From Gammaproteobacteria bacterium (GTDB lineage: Bacteria; Pseudomonadota; Gammaproteobacteria; Eutrophobiales; Eutrophobiaceae), in assembly GCA_965116495.1 (NCBI GenBank), contig OZ220696.1, forward strand, positions 3,424,001 through 3,488,000: DNA of 64,000 nt. Direction: 5' to 3'. Below, piece after piece: positions 53,499 to 63,933 of the stretch. Both the position numbers and the translations under genes were made by a program. Every line of letters starts with the position of its first letter. Position 1 is the first letter of the stretch. The notes beneath the pieces are model-generated. The model worked only from the letters and a program-made list of their open reading frames with translations. It was not told the origin of the DNA and did no database searches.

Positions 53499-54832
53499 GC
53501 TGGTATAAACGCTTCTTTCAGTACCGCTCGGAGCAGATTTTCGGTGTGGGAGCGAGATTGCTTGATTTCGGCTTCAAGCATACCGCAGAGTACCATCAGC
53601 GTATCTACACGCTTCAAAATTAGGGTTTGCTCGGTGAGAGATGGGAGGGGGATGGGCAGGGTCGCTACTTTTCCGGTACTCAAATTGTAGAGACCCGTTG
53701 AAGTCCTGGCTTGCTTTCCTATAATTTGACGTCCACTTGGAGATAGAAGCCAGTAAAGTGCCCATTGAGCAATCTTCGGCTCTTGGAGACGCACTTTTAT
53801 TACGTGGTTCTGATGCAGACATGGATCGACTGACCCGTCCCATCGAGCAATGCGTCCAACTTGATCCCTACTTCCATTTCCTTCAACGACAAGCAGGTCA
53901 TTTTCCTTCAGTAAAAGCTTTTCCACTTCCGTATCAGTTACACCGATTTCTCGGACATCGGTTAGATCTAAACGGTTCGCGTAGACGTTGGCGACTCTGA
54001 GATACGGCATGATAAGTTTATGGCCACCTCGCTTTGCAGCATTCTTTGTTAGACCGCTTATTACAATCCCTAAGTCAGTTATTCGACACCATATCCAGCC
54101 CGTTGGAATCTCGAAAGGGATTTCGTCCTGGACAATTTCAGGGAGTGGTTTTTCTTTACGGAGTTTCTTTTCAGCGATTAAGCGCTGCTTTTCTTTACGA
54201 ATGCGCTCCAGAAGTTGGCTTGCAGGTTCGACTTCGGGATTTTCTTTCCGCCAGTCGATGGTCAGTTTTCCTTGAATTGCCTCTTGCAGGATGGCTAGCT
54301 TAAGCTTGGAGAGCAGAGTTTCTTGATGGGTTATTTCGCACATAAGCTTCATGTGCTCGGAGTAGAATCGATTAAGCCGATCAGCAATTCTCAATTGTTC
54401 CGGAAGCCTTGGAAACTTCACCTTGAGTGGCAGTATATGCTTTGGTTTGATCTCGGTTTTAATCCCGCCCGGAACTTGTTCTTTCAGTAAAGCAGCAAAC
54501 TCCGGACTCTTAAAGAACCACTTCAAAAAATCGACAGATATTCGTTCGAAATTGAACTGGTAGGCTGAATAGTGGATAGTCGCAAGAGCATCTTGTTCAC
54601 TCTGATAAATCGCGACTGCGCCTTTTGCTGCATTGATACCTGAAATGACCAGATCACCACACTTCACGCGAATCATGTCGGTCCTGGTGTCGGTCTTGGT
54701 ATCAAGATGAATATTGCCGGAGAAGTCGATTTTTTTGATGCGCTGCAAATCCTGTTGATTAGCGTCGGTGTGTTTTATTCTTCCCTTTCGCTCAATCAGG
54801 ATGTCATCCAACCTGGCGAGTTCCCAATTCAT
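53495..54832 (-). CDS. hsdS: Type I R-M specificity subunit
   Basis: Two TRDs, P.L.EQ repeats, AILQEAIQGKL, PFEIPTGW.W; start uncertain. Confidence 0.9.
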   Translation of the reverse strand: MNWELARLDDILIERKGRIKHTDANQQDLQRIKKIDFSGNIHLDTKTDTRTDMIRVKCGDLVISGINAAKGAVAIYQSEQDALATIHYSAYQFNFERISVDFLKWFFKSPEFAALLKEQVPGGIKTEIKPKHILPLKVKFPRLPEQLRIADRLNRFYSEHMKLMCEITHQETLLSKLKLAILQEAIQGKLTIDWRKENPEVEPASQLLERIRKEKQRLIAEKKLRKEKPLPEIVQDEIPFEIPTGWIWCRITDLGIVISGLTKNAAKRGGHKLIMPYLRVANVYANRLDLTDVREIGVTDTEVEKLLLKENDLLVVEGNGSRDQVGRIARWDGSVDPCLHQNHVIKVRLQEPKIAQWALYWLLSPSGRQIIGKQARTSTGLYNLSTGKVATLPIPLPSLTEQTLILKRVDTLMVLCGMLEAEIKQSRSHTENLLRAVLKEAFIPA

Positions 54833-54872
54833 CTTGCTTCTTTCCAAGGTTACGCCAGCAGTTCGCCAGTCA

Positions 54873-55889
54873 TTATTCTTTTTCCCGCATCTCAATCAGC
54901 CGTTTCTCCCGTTCGATTTCCGCAATAAGTTCTTCCTCACTGGGCAGAACCAGGCGGTATTTGGAGGCAAAAAGTTGTTCGCTGTCCTTGAGAACCGAGA
55001 ACCTGACAATGGTTTCATCTTTGGATGTACAGAGGATCAGTCCGACGGTGGGGTTATCGTCTTCACCGCGTTTGAATTCATCGAACATTCTTACATAGGT
55101 ATCCATTTGCCCTATGTCCTGGTGAGTCAGTTGATCGGTTTTGAGATCAATCAGCACAAAGCACTTGAGCAAGTAATTGTAGAACACCAGGTCGATGTAA
55201 AAGTGGCTGGTTTCCGTGCTGATGCGGTATTGCCTGCCGACGAATGCAAACCCTTTGCCGGCTTCGAGCAAAAACTGAGAAAGGTTATTGATTATAGCTG
55301 CTTCCAGGTCTTTTTCCCTTGTTGCAAAGGGGTCTGGAAGTTGTAGAAATTCAAGCACATACGGGTCTTTTATAAATGATCGCAAGTTGCTTTTCGAGTC
55401 ATCGGTTGGAGACGCAATTTTGACTTTCGACTGCTGTGAAGATAATAGGCGTTCGTAATAGAGAGTGTTGATATTGCGCTCAAGTTGTCTGACGCTCCAA
55501 CCTTGCTCTCTGGCTTCATTACAGTAGTACAGTCGGGCTTCAGGATTATCTATGCGCATCAGGAGGCGGAGATGACTCCAACTTAATTCTCTACACACTG
55601 TGTAGAGAATCTCCTGTTTGGGGTATGTGAGATAAAATTGCCGGAAATTCCATAAGTTAGCATAGGAAAATCCTCTACCGAATTCCTCTGTTAATGTCTT
55701 GGAGAGATTTTCAATGAGTTTCGTACCATATTCTGCCTTCCTCCTGCCTTTTTGTTCTTCCTCCACAATTCGCTTGCCGATCATCCAATAGGCTTCGACC
55801 ATAGCACGATTGATCTCGGTGCGGGCATGGTTACGGGCATTTAGAAGAATTTGCCTGATGTCTGAATAAAACGTAGCCAGCTCTTTCAT
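54873..55889 (-). CDS. YhcG/DUF1016 PD-(D/E)xK nuclease
   Basis: YW.IG, LSWSH, WSVRQL, KDPY.LEFL, GFAFVGRQ, IDL. Confidence 0.88.
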   Translation of the reverse strand: MKELATFYSDIRQILLNARNHARTEINRAMVEAYWMIGKRIVEEEQKGRRKAEYGTKLIENLSKTLTEEFGRGFSYANLWNFRQFYLTYPKQEILYTVCRELSWSHLRLLMRIDNPEARLYYCNEAREQGWSVRQLERNINTLYYERLLSSQQSKVKIASPTDDSKSNLRSFIKDPYVLEFLQLPDPFATREKDLEAAIINNLSQFLLEAGKGFAFVGRQYRISTETSHFYIDLVFYNYLLKCFVLIDLKTDQLTHQDIGQMDTYVRMFDEFKRGEDDNPTVGLILCTSKDETIVRFSVLKDSEQLFASKYRLVLPSEEELIAEIEREKRLIEMREKE

Positions 55890-57319
55890 TCCTGTAGCCC
55901 TTTTTTGATCTTGGATAGTAGCTCATCGCTTTTAACAAACGACTGGTGAAGCATATCAAGTAGTTCGGCGCTGCTATACTGTTTTTCGGCTTGTGGCTGG
56001 CGCGGATTCTTCACGTCCAGGTCGAATCCCTTCTTTAGATCCTCCACTCTCACGCGCCAGGCTACTTCGTTTTCCTGGCGTTTGTCCCACCACTCGATCA
56101 TGGGCGCAAATTCATCGAACTGTATGGTTTTGGTTTTCGAATAACTTTTCTGCCCTTCCGGCAGGCGATGTTCGTAGTACCAGATTTCTTTTGTGGATGT
56201 CCCTTTCCGGAAAAAGAGCAGGTTGGTTGAGACCGTGGCGGGATGAAAGGTGGATTGCGGGAGTCGAACAATGGTATGCAGGTTGCAGTCGTTGAGGAGT
56301 TTTTCACGAATGCGTTCCTTGTAGCCATCGCCCGTGATGCAGCCATCGGGCAGGACGATGGCGCAACGCCCTCCGGGCTTCAAAAGCTGGATCATGAGAA
56401 TGATGAAAAGATCGGCGGATTCCCGACAACGGAAGGATTGCGGGAAGTTTGTTTCCACCCCATCGGCGATACTGGCGCCGAAAGGTGGATTGGCCAGGAT
56501 GACATCCACCTGTTGCCTCGGACCAATCGTGTTGTATTCAGTCTTGAGACTATCGATGTAGTGCCAGTCAGGTACATCTAGGCCGTGAAGTATCAGGTTG
56601 GTGAGACCGAGGACATAGGCGACTGGTTTCAGCTCCCAACCAGCGATTGATTTCTGCAGGATGGCTTCGTCATCCAGAGTGTGAACTTCATGTTCGCGGA
56701 TATGGTCAATAGCCGCGGTGAGAAATCCACCGGTGCCAGCGGCAGGGTCGAGTATCTTTTCCGCGAGTTTGGGAGCAGTCATCTGCGTCATCAGTTGGGT
56801 AATTGCGCGGGGCGTATAATATTCACCCCTGTTACCCGCGTCACGCAACTCAACGAGGATAGCTTCATAAACGGTGCCGAAAATGTGGCGGTCATTGGAA
56901 TTATTGAAGTCAAAGCCGTTGAGTTGGTTGATCACCCTGCGCATCTCGAAGCCGGACTTCATGTAGTTGTTCGAGCCTTGGAAGACCTCGCGTACGAGTT
57001 CGGCGCGTTGCGGTGCGCCAGGGTTATTGAGATCCTCCAACGCGGCGAAGAGCCCGTTGGCAGGATGGTCGATGAAGACGATCAGTTCCTCGCCAGTAAC
57101 GCCTTCCGAGTCTGCGGCCCAGTTGCGCCAGCGGAATTTTTCGGGGATGACGGATTGGTAGCCAGAGCGGATGAGTTCGAGTTCCTGGTCTTTTTCGTCG
57201 AGGATTTTCAGGAACAGCATCCAACCGAGTTGTTCAAGACGTTGGGCATCGCCCGAAACGCCGCGATCCTGCCGCATGACATTGCGGACATTTTTGATAA
57301 TGGACGAGATATTGGACAT
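55886..57319 (-). CDS. hsdM: Type I R-M N6-adenine methyltransferase
   Basis: GEYYTP, DPAAGTGGFL, NPPF. Confidence 0.93.
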   Translation of the reverse strand: MSNISSIIKNVRNVMRQDRGVSGDAQRLEQLGWMLFLKILDEKDQELELIRSGYQSVIPEKFRWRNWAADSEGVTGEELIVFIDHPANGLFAALEDLNNPGAPQRAELVREVFQGSNNYMKSGFEMRRVINQLNGFDFNNSNDRHIFGTVYEAILVELRDAGNRGEYYTPRAITQLMTQMTAPKLAEKILDPAAGTGGFLTAAIDHIREHEVHTLDDEAILQKSIAGWELKPVAYVLGLTNLILHGLDVPDWHYIDSLKTEYNTIGPRQQVDVILANPPFGASIADGVETNFPQSFRCRESADLFIILMIQLLKPGGRCAIVLPDGCITGDGYKERIREKLLNDCNLHTIVRLPQSTFHPATVSTNLLFFRKGTSTKEIWYYEHRLPEGQKSYSKTKTIQFDEFAPMIEWWDKRQENEVAWRVRVEDLKKGFDLDVKNPRQPQAEKQYSSAELLDMLHQSFVKSDELLSKIKKGLQE

Positions 57320-57331
57320 GTACTGCTTTAC

Positions 57332-59722
57332 TCAGGCAGCTTTGTAAAGTTGCGAAATGAGTTTATTAATGGCTTGGTCGTAACCAGGCTTGCCGCCAAA
57401 AGCGCTGATGATTTCAGGTGCAGTGCCCAAGCGCCTGATAGGGTCCAATGTAATGATCTCCGGGTTTTCCAGGTCCAGGGGTCCCTCGTCGGCATATTTG
57501 TCCAGGAGACTGTCAATGACCTTGCGCGCAAGATCACCGTATTCCGTAAAGTAATTACGCTTACGCACGTTTTCAGCGCGCTCGCGCCGGGTAAGGGGTT
57601 CCTGATCATAGGCGACGTGGCAAATCAGGTCGAAGGGGTCGAAGGCCGCGCCGACTTCTTCCTTCAATGCCGCGAAGATGACGCCATGCTTCTCGAGTTC
57701 CTCAATAATGGCTCGTTTTTTATCGGCCTGTTTCCATGAGTTCAGAAATGAGGTGAGAGAGACGTAGTTGGTACGGATGTTCCTGCGGGTAAAATCGCGC
57801 AAATCTTCAGTGATGATCTTCCCGTCATTGTCCATATACTGGACGCGCTCCTTGATTATGGTCACTTCGACGCCGTTGACAACTACTTTACGTCGGGATA
57901 AGTATTTATCATGTTCATCGCTGAGAGAATTATCTGGAACAGGAAAGCCAATTTGGTTTCCGGTTAAATCATCAATGACGGGGGTGTTCTCTATCTCGTT
58001 TTCAGTGTCTGAAATATCGTCGTCCTGTCCCGCTTCTTTGACACGGACGGGGTCTCCGTCAAATTCTTTATCAGCGAAAAGCGAGGTGACGTTACGAAAA
58101 TCCATGATGGTGAAGTAGTATTTCTCGAAATCCTCATTGATACGCGTACCACGACCGATAATCTGCTTGAATTCGGTCATGGAACCGATATTCGAGTCAA
58201 GGACAATGAGCTTGCATGTCTGGGTATCTACTCCGGTGGTCAAAAGCTTTGAAGTAGTGGCGATAACCGGGTAAAGCTCGGCAGGGTTGATGAATGAATC
58301 AAGTTGAAGTTTGCCTTCCTCGTTGTCACCGGTGATCTGCATCACGTATTTATTATTGTGGAAAACAAGGTCGGTATTGGCATTGACGAGTTCCTTACGC
58401 ATTCCTTCGGCATGTTCTATGTCTACACAAAAGACAATGGTTTTCGCGTGGCGATCACTACCTTTGAGGAACTCTGTCACTTTCTGCGCTACAAGGCAAC
58501 GGCGTTCTTCAACAACAAGGTGCTTATCGAAATCAGTACGATTGTAGATTCGGTCCTCGACGACTTCACCCTCTTTGTCTTTAAACCCTCTGGGCGGCCG
58601 CCAGCCTTCGGCGTCGATGTCCAGGGTAACTTTAACGACCTTGTAAGGCGCAAGGAAGCCATCTGCAATACCCTGCTTGAGTGAGTAGGTGTAGAGCGGG
58701 TCGCCGAAATACTCAGAACTGGAGACTTCTTTGGTTTCCTTCGGCGTTGCGGTGAGACCGAGGTGGGTGGCACCTTTGAAGTATTCAAGAATCTCGCGCC
58801 ACTTGCTGTCTTCACGGGCGCTGCCGCGGTGACACTCATCCACTACAACGAGATCGAAGAAATCAGGACTGAACTGTTTATACGCGTCTTCCCGGTCGTA
58901 GTCTGAGAGTCCCTGGTAAAGTGCCAGGTAGATGTTATATGCGGTATCGATTTCTTTGTTTTTGATGACTGTCATCGCCTCTTTGAAAGGTCGGAAATCA
59001 CCTCGCACCGTCTGGTCGATGAGCGCAGTTCGATCCGCCAGAAAGAGAATCCGCTTTTTAAGGCCACTTTTCCACATGCGGTAGATGATCTGGAAGGCAG
59101 CATAGGTTTTTCCCGTACCGGTGGCCATAACGAGCAGATGGCGGTTTCCACTTTTACCTCCTGTCATTGCTTCTTTGGCAATTGCCTCTACCGTGCGATT
59201 GATTGCTATTTGCTGGTAGTAGCGGGGAGACCGATCCGACCCATCGATGAAGTAGTCCTGCGACACAATCGGTTCGGCGGCATCCGGGATGTCTTTAAAG
59301 GCGATATATTTTTCCCAGAGGGATCCCGGAGAAGGGAAGGCACTGAGCGGGAGTTCGGTCTCGATATTCCCCGAATCGACGGTGCAGTCGTGAAACAGAA
59401 ACGCATCGCCGTTGCTGCTGAAGACAAACGGTATATCAAGATTCTCGGCGTAATCCAGCGCTTGTTGAATGCCGGCGCTGACTGAATGTCTGTTATCCTT
59501 CGCCTCAATGATGGCGATAGGAATATTCGGCTTGTAATAAAGAATATAGTCAGCGCGTTTTCTGGAACCTCGCGCATGTAGTTTGCCGCGTACATGGATC
59601 CGGCCATTGGTGAAACTGACTTCTTCTCTCACCTGATTGTTAATATCCCATCCTGCCTTAATGAGACTTGGCGTTATGAACTTGGTGCAAATATCGCGCT
59701 CGCTCAGGTCTTTTTTGTTCAT
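57332..59722 (-). CDS. hsdR: Type I R-M restriction subunit (EcoAI-like)
   Basis: LSERDIC.KFI, ADY..IEAK, MATGTGKT, DECHRGSA, QIIGRGTR. Confidence 0.93.
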   Translation of the reverse strand: MNKKDLSERDICTKFITPSLIKAGWDINNQVREEVSFTNGRIHVRGKLHARGSRKRADYILYYKPNIPIAIIEAKDNRHSVSAGIQQALDYAENLDIPFVFSSNGDAFLFHDCTVDSGNIETELPLSAFPSPGSLWEKYIAFKDIPDAAEPIVSQDYFIDGSDRSPRYYQQIAINRTVEAIAKEAMTGGKSGNRHLLVMATGTGKTYAAFQIIYRMWKSGLKKRILFLADRTALIDQTVRGDFRPFKEAMTVIKNKEIDTAYNIYLALYQGLSDYDREDAYKQFSPDFFDLVVVDECHRGSAREDSKWREILEYFKGATHLGLTATPKETKEVSSSEYFGDPLYTYSLKQGIADGFLAPYKVVKVTLDIDAEGWRPPRGFKDKEGEVVEDRIYNRTDFDKHLVVEERRCLVAQKVTEFLKGSDRHAKTIVFCVDIEHAEGMRKELVNANTDLVFHNNKYVMQITGDNEEGKLQLDSFINPAELYPVIATTSKLLTTGVDTQTCKLIVLDSNIGSMTEFKQIIGRGTRINEDFEKYYFTIMDFRNVTSLFADKEFDGDPVRVKEAGQDDDISDTENEIENTPVIDDLTGNQIGFPVPDNSLSDEHDKYLSRRKVVVNGVEVTIIKERVQYMDNDGKIITEDLRDFTRRNIRTNYVSLTSFLNSWKQADKKRAIIEELEKHGVIFAALKEEVGAAFDPFDLICHVAYDQEPLTRRERAENVRKRNYFTEYGDLARKVIDSLLDKYADEGPLDLENPEIITLDPIRRLGTAPEIISAFGGKPGYDQAINKLISQLYKAA

Positions 59723-59849
59723 TGGAGTAAGTTAAGTAAATTGCCGGCAAGACACCATAACGGGGACTGACAAACAGAAAATGACACTTGGGTCGTGAAT
59801 AGCAGGGAGGCTGATAGTTTTCTCGCCAACTATCCTTGGTAGGTCAGCA

Positions 59850-61562
59850 CTATTGCCGCCACCAGTTATCAGCAAATTCATTGACTTCCCGCGCGTGGAA
59901 GCGCGCCACGCGGTTGCTGGGTTCCAGCGGTTCGTTGTAGAAGAACCCGGGCAGTTCATCGTCTGCCTCGGTAAAACCGGCAGCCCGGTTGAATTCCCGT
60001 TCCAGGCGCAAGGTGTCCCGGCCCAGTTCGTCGAAGAAAGATGGGTCGAGTTTGCTGCCGACGGCAGCGTTTATCGCAACGGTTACCCGGTCCAATTCAG
60101 CCGCGGTAACGGTGCGGCCGAAAATACACAAGCCCAGTGAATCCGCCGCTGCGGCCTGTACCTGGGCGGCATGACTGGCTGCCGCAATCTTGTCTATGGA
60201 TTTGTCCGCGGTCTCCATGCGGGGCACGTTCCCCGCCGTGTGGTCGGCGCCCTGGGCGGTGACCATCATGGTGATGCCTGTCGCCTCCACAACGCGGGGG
60301 TCATAGGCGCTGATCGCTTGCCGCTTGATGACCGGCACCCGCCTGACCCGGTAATGTTCTCCGACGGCCGCGGTCCCTTGCGCCCACAGCCGGCCCTGTT
60401 TCGTGCCATTGCGTATCTCTTCCAGTACCTCGGTGATAAACCCGGCGTCACCGAATTTACCGACGCCGGCCTCCATCAGCACACCGACCATGCCCCCGGT
60501 TTCAATGGTGTCGATACCGAGGTCGTTGGCGATGGCATTCAGCCTTGCCAGCTCATCGGGCTCCTTGATGCCGCAGTTGGTGCCCAGCAGGCCCAGTGTT
60601 TCATATTCGACGGGTGATACAACCTCGTTGCCGTCTGCGTCCGCGTAGACGTTGCTGCAGCGGATCAGGCAACCCGGCATGCAGGCATGGGACGGGTCAC
60701 CACCCCGGGCGATATTCTGCTCGCGGATGAAGTCACCGCCCATCTTCATGGTTTCCCGGTCGGTGTCCACCAGCCGTCCTGCGGAAAAATTACGCACCGG
60801 CAGGCCGCCCACGTGATTCATGTAGTCCGCCATCATGGCCGTGCCGAAACGTTTGTAGCTGTCTATCATCTGGTCTTCACCCAGTTTTTCGGCATAGTGG
60901 CGCACCGCGCCGATGACTTTTTTCCGTTCATGCAGTTGCGGCATCCTGTTCAGGTCGGCGACGATGGCCTTTACTTTTTTGCTGCCCAGCACGGCGCCGA
61001 CGCCGCCTCGCGCCGCCAGCCTGGCGGGGCGCCGGTCGGTATCGCTGATGGCGATACCGGCAAGCAGCCCCTGATATTCGCCGACCGGGCCGCACAGGGC
61101 GAGGCTGACCTTTTTCCCGTATTTCTCATGCAGCAATGCGGCCGTCTCGAAATTGCCCTTACCCATGAAACCCGCGGCTGGGTCGAAGCTGCAGTTGCCG
61201 TCTTTGCCGAGATGAATAATCAACCAGTCGTCTGCTGCGCCGTGCAGGGTGAATCCCGACAGGTGCAGTTGGCCCAGCGCCACACCGAACGTACCGCCGG
61301 CATTGGCTTCCTTGATACCGCCCGTCAGCGGACTTTTGCAACCGACACTGGTGCGGTTGGCGTTGGAGAAGTTGGTGCCGGCAAAAGGGCCGGCGGAAAA
61401 AATCAACGGGTTATCCGGTGATAGCGGGTCGACCCCGGCAATGTCATCCTGCACCAGGGTTTTGGCGATGAGGTAGCGGCCGATGCGGACCAGTTCCTCG
61501 CCATCCTGCTTGACGGATTCGACGGTCCTGTTATTCAAATCAATATGTAGGTAGTTACGCAT
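59850..61562 (-). CDS. Aldehyde:ferredoxin oxidoreductase family (W/Mo-pterin)
   Basis: KSPLTGGIKE.NAGG, RGG.GAV.GSK, C..C...C, EYET, GADHT. Confidence 0.88.
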   Translation of the reverse strand: MRNYLHIDLNNRTVESVKQDGEELVRIGRYLIAKTLVQDDIAGVDPLSPDNPLIFSAGPFAGTNFSNANRTSVGCKSPLTGGIKEANAGGTFGVALGQLHLSGFTLHGAADDWLIIHLGKDGNCSFDPAAGFMGKGNFETAALLHEKYGKKVSLALCGPVGEYQGLLAGIAISDTDRRPARLAARGGVGAVLGSKKVKAIVADLNRMPQLHERKKVIGAVRHYAEKLGEDQMIDSYKRFGTAMMADYMNHVGGLPVRNFSAGRLVDTDRETMKMGGDFIREQNIARGGDPSHACMPGCLIRCSNVYADADGNEVVSPVEYETLGLLGTNCGIKEPDELARLNAIANDLGIDTIETGGMVGVLMEAGVGKFGDAGFITEVLEEIRNGTKQGRLWAQGTAAVGEHYRVRRVPVIKRQAISAYDPRVVEATGITMMVTAQGADHTAGNVPRMETADKSIDKIAAASHAAQVQAAAADSLGLCIFGRTVTAAELDRVTVAINAAVGSKLDPSFFDELGRDTLRLEREFNRAAGFTEADDELPGFFYNEPLEPSNRVARFHAREVNEFADNWWRQ

Positions 61563-61569
61563 TATAAAT

Positions 61570-61727
61570 TTAGAAATCTCTGATTAAGTCAGAGGTTCCT
61601 ACGGTACAGGGATGTGCCGTCAAAATCAATGACTGTAGGTCATTGATTTTGGGAGAAAAACAAAAATCGAATTTTTGTTTTGCGTGCTCTGACAAGTCCC
61701 GGACGGACTTGATCAGAGCTTCCTTTA
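61570..61727. mobile_element. MITE family B, copy 1
   Basis: Near-identical to 63283-63438; imperfect TIR; three inner hairpins. Confidence 0.8.
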
Positions 61728-63239
61728 TATATCCTGCCATCGGCAGGATTGTTCAAAACCGTGGGCAGCCCGGTAGATGTTCGATTCGTCGAAGTGTTTG
61801 CCTACCAGCATCATGCCGACCGGCAGGCCGTTGCGCATGCCGCACGGCAGCGACAGGGCCGGGTGGCCGGTGATATCGAACTGGCAGGTGTTCAGTACCG
61901 TATTGAATGCGAGGAATACAATGTTGTCGATAGCCGTGTCAGAGGCAGAGCGCGGGTTCTTCTGCGGCTGCATCAACGTCGTCGGCATCAGTAACAGGTC
62001 ATATTGCTGCAGGACATCGTTATAGGCCCTGGTCAGTCCCGGCAAGCAGTTTTTTGCTTTTGCATAATACCTGCCCTGGTACTTCTCCAGGTATTTGCCC
62101 AGCATCAGGATCAGGTGCAGGTTTACGGGAAACCGGTCGAATTTGTCCTGCCAGCCGGACAGGGCCTGCGCCAGTGCCGGTGAATTAATGGCGTTGGTGT
62201 TCACGGCAAGACCGTTATGGCGCATGGTCTGCCACAGCCCGTCAGTGATGATGCTGCCCCATAAGGCGACGCCTTCCAGGTGCATGGGGATGGAGACTTC
62301 ATCCACCCTGGCGCCCAGGTCGGCAAATCTGCCCGCCGCATCCAGCACACAACTGTCGACATCCGGTTCCGACAAGGGGTGGCCGAAGCCTTCCCTGACT
62401 ACGGCGATTTTCATCCCGTCGATATTCTCACCCAGGGACCAGGAATATTTGAATACCCGTAACTGGCGCTGGCGGCTGTCCATCCCGTCGTGACCTGCCA
62501 GGACTTCGAGCAGCAGGGCGTTATCGCTCACGTTTGCCGTCATGGGGCCGACATGGTCCAGCATGGCCTCCATCCCCATAATGCCCGTATAAGGCACCAG
62601 TCCGTGGGTTGGTTTCAGACCGTAGACACCGCAGAAACTGGACGGTATCCGCACCGAACCGGCCTGGTCACAGCCCAGGGCCATGTCCACGTCGCCGTTA
62701 CCCACCAGGGCTGCGCTGCCCGATGAAGAACCGCCGGCAGAGTATTCGTGATTATGCGGGTTGGCGACAATTCCGGAGCTGGCCGTGGCGCTGCCGCCGG
62801 AGACACAGAGAAATTCACACACTGCCTTGCCGGTAATTTCCGCGCCGGCGTCCAGCAGCCGGGTCACGACAGTGGCATCGATATCAGGAACGAACCCTTC
62901 CATTATTGAGGCGCCGTTCATCATGGGGATGTTCGCGACAAGGATATTATCCTTGATGGCGACTGTCCTGCCCTTGAGCGGTCCGCTGTCCCGGCCTTTC
63001 AGGTCGGTCCTGACGTACCATGCACCCAGCGGGTTTTCTTCCGCGCTCGGCGCCCGGTAACTCCTTTGAGGATAGCTGATATCCGGCAGGCGGTCTTCCA
63101 GTTGATCCATGAATTGATAAGTGCTGCCGAACATTGCCAACTGCTCAAGCATGGTTTCCGCCAAGGTGTCGTCCACGGATAAACCCATGGATGCGCCAAG
63201 GGATTTCAGTTCGTCCCTGTCAGGCAGTTTGAATGTCAT
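61725..63239 (-). CDS. Amidase (amidase-signature family)
   Basis: IKDN, GGSSSGS, DQAGSVRIP, GLKPT.GLVP. Confidence 0.92.
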   Translation of the reverse strand: MTFKLPDRDELKSLGASMGLSVDDTLAETMLEQLAMFGSTYQFMDQLEDRLPDISYPQRSYRAPSAEENPLGAWYVRTDLKGRDSGPLKGRTVAIKDNILVANIPMMNGASIMEGFVPDIDATVVTRLLDAGAEITGKAVCEFLCVSGGSATASSGIVANPHNHEYSAGGSSSGSAALVGNGDVDMALGCDQAGSVRIPSSFCGVYGLKPTHGLVPYTGIMGMEAMLDHVGPMTANVSDNALLLEVLAGHDGMDSRQRQLRVFKYSWSLGENIDGMKIAVVREGFGHPLSEPDVDSCVLDAAGRFADLGARVDEVSIPMHLEGVALWGSIITDGLWQTMRHNGLAVNTNAINSPALAQALSGWQDKFDRFPVNLHLILMLGKYLEKYQGRYYAKAKNCLPGLTRAYNDVLQQYDLLLMPTTLMQPQKNPRSASDTAIDNIVFLAFNTVLNTCQFDITGHPALSLPCGMRNGLPVGMMLVGKHFDESNIYRAAHGFEQSCRWQDI

Positions 63240-63282
63240 CGGTCTGATGCTCCTTTAACACGGTGAGGGATTGCAGTAAGTC

Positions 63283-63438
63283 AAGGAACCTTTGATTAAG
63301 TCATAGGTTCCTACGGTACAGGGATGTGCCGTCAAAATCAATGACAATAGGTCATTGATTTTGGGAGCAAAACAAAAATCGCATTTTTGTTTTGCGTGCT
63401 CTGACAAGTCCCGGACGGACTTGATCAGAGCTTCCTTA
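63283..63438. mobile_element. MITE family B, copy 2
   Basis: AAGGAACCTTTGATTAAGTC ... GACTTGATCAGAGCTTCCTTA. Confidence 0.8.
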
Positions 63439-63441
63439 ACG

Positions 63442-63933
63442 TTAACCACTTCGGTAATACTTGGCAAGAGCTTTTGCCGTGCTGTCAACACCCGAGAACT
63501 TCAATAACAATCGCAGAAATTCCTGCCGTTCTTCCATACCCAGGTGAGCCGTCAAATCCTGCTCATGGAGAACGATCTTCTCCAGTACCTGTTCCAGGAA
63601 AACCCTGCCGGATGGCGACAGTGTCAACGCGTAACTGCGCCTGTCCGAATTGGAAGGTTGCCGCTCTACCCAGGATTTGGCCTCCATATCGGTGATGATT
63701 TGTCCCAGGGTAGCCCGTTCCACACCGATTGCGCGGGCCAGTGCAGCCTGGCTGATGGCGGGATTGTTGCGTATCAGAATCAGGATGCCGGCCTGGCCCG
63801 GCGTAATTCCCATTGTACCGACCGTTTTCCGGAAATGGTTGAAAACCTGGAGCTGCGCCTGCCGAACCTGGAAGCCGATTAACCCGTTAAGAGTGGTGTA
63901 ATCAACGACCTGTTCGGTTGTGTTTTTATGCAT
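63442..63933 (-). CDS. MarR-family regulator
   Basis: ITPGQ..IL, SQ..LA, DRRSY.L.L...G. Confidence 0.88.
   Translation of the reverse strand: MHKNTTEQVVDYTTLNGLIGFQVRQAQLQVFNHFRKTVGTMGITPGQAGILILIRNNPAISQAALARAIGVERATLGQIITDMEAKSWVERQPSNSDRRSYALTLSPSGRVFLEQVLEKIVLHEQDLTAHLGMEERQEFLRLLLKFSGVDSTAKALAKYYRSG

Noticed and set aside
63255-63491. 78-aa ORF upstream of the amidase
   Set aside because: It is a translation of MITE-B; the same peptide appears at 61643 on the other strand's reading of the palindrome.
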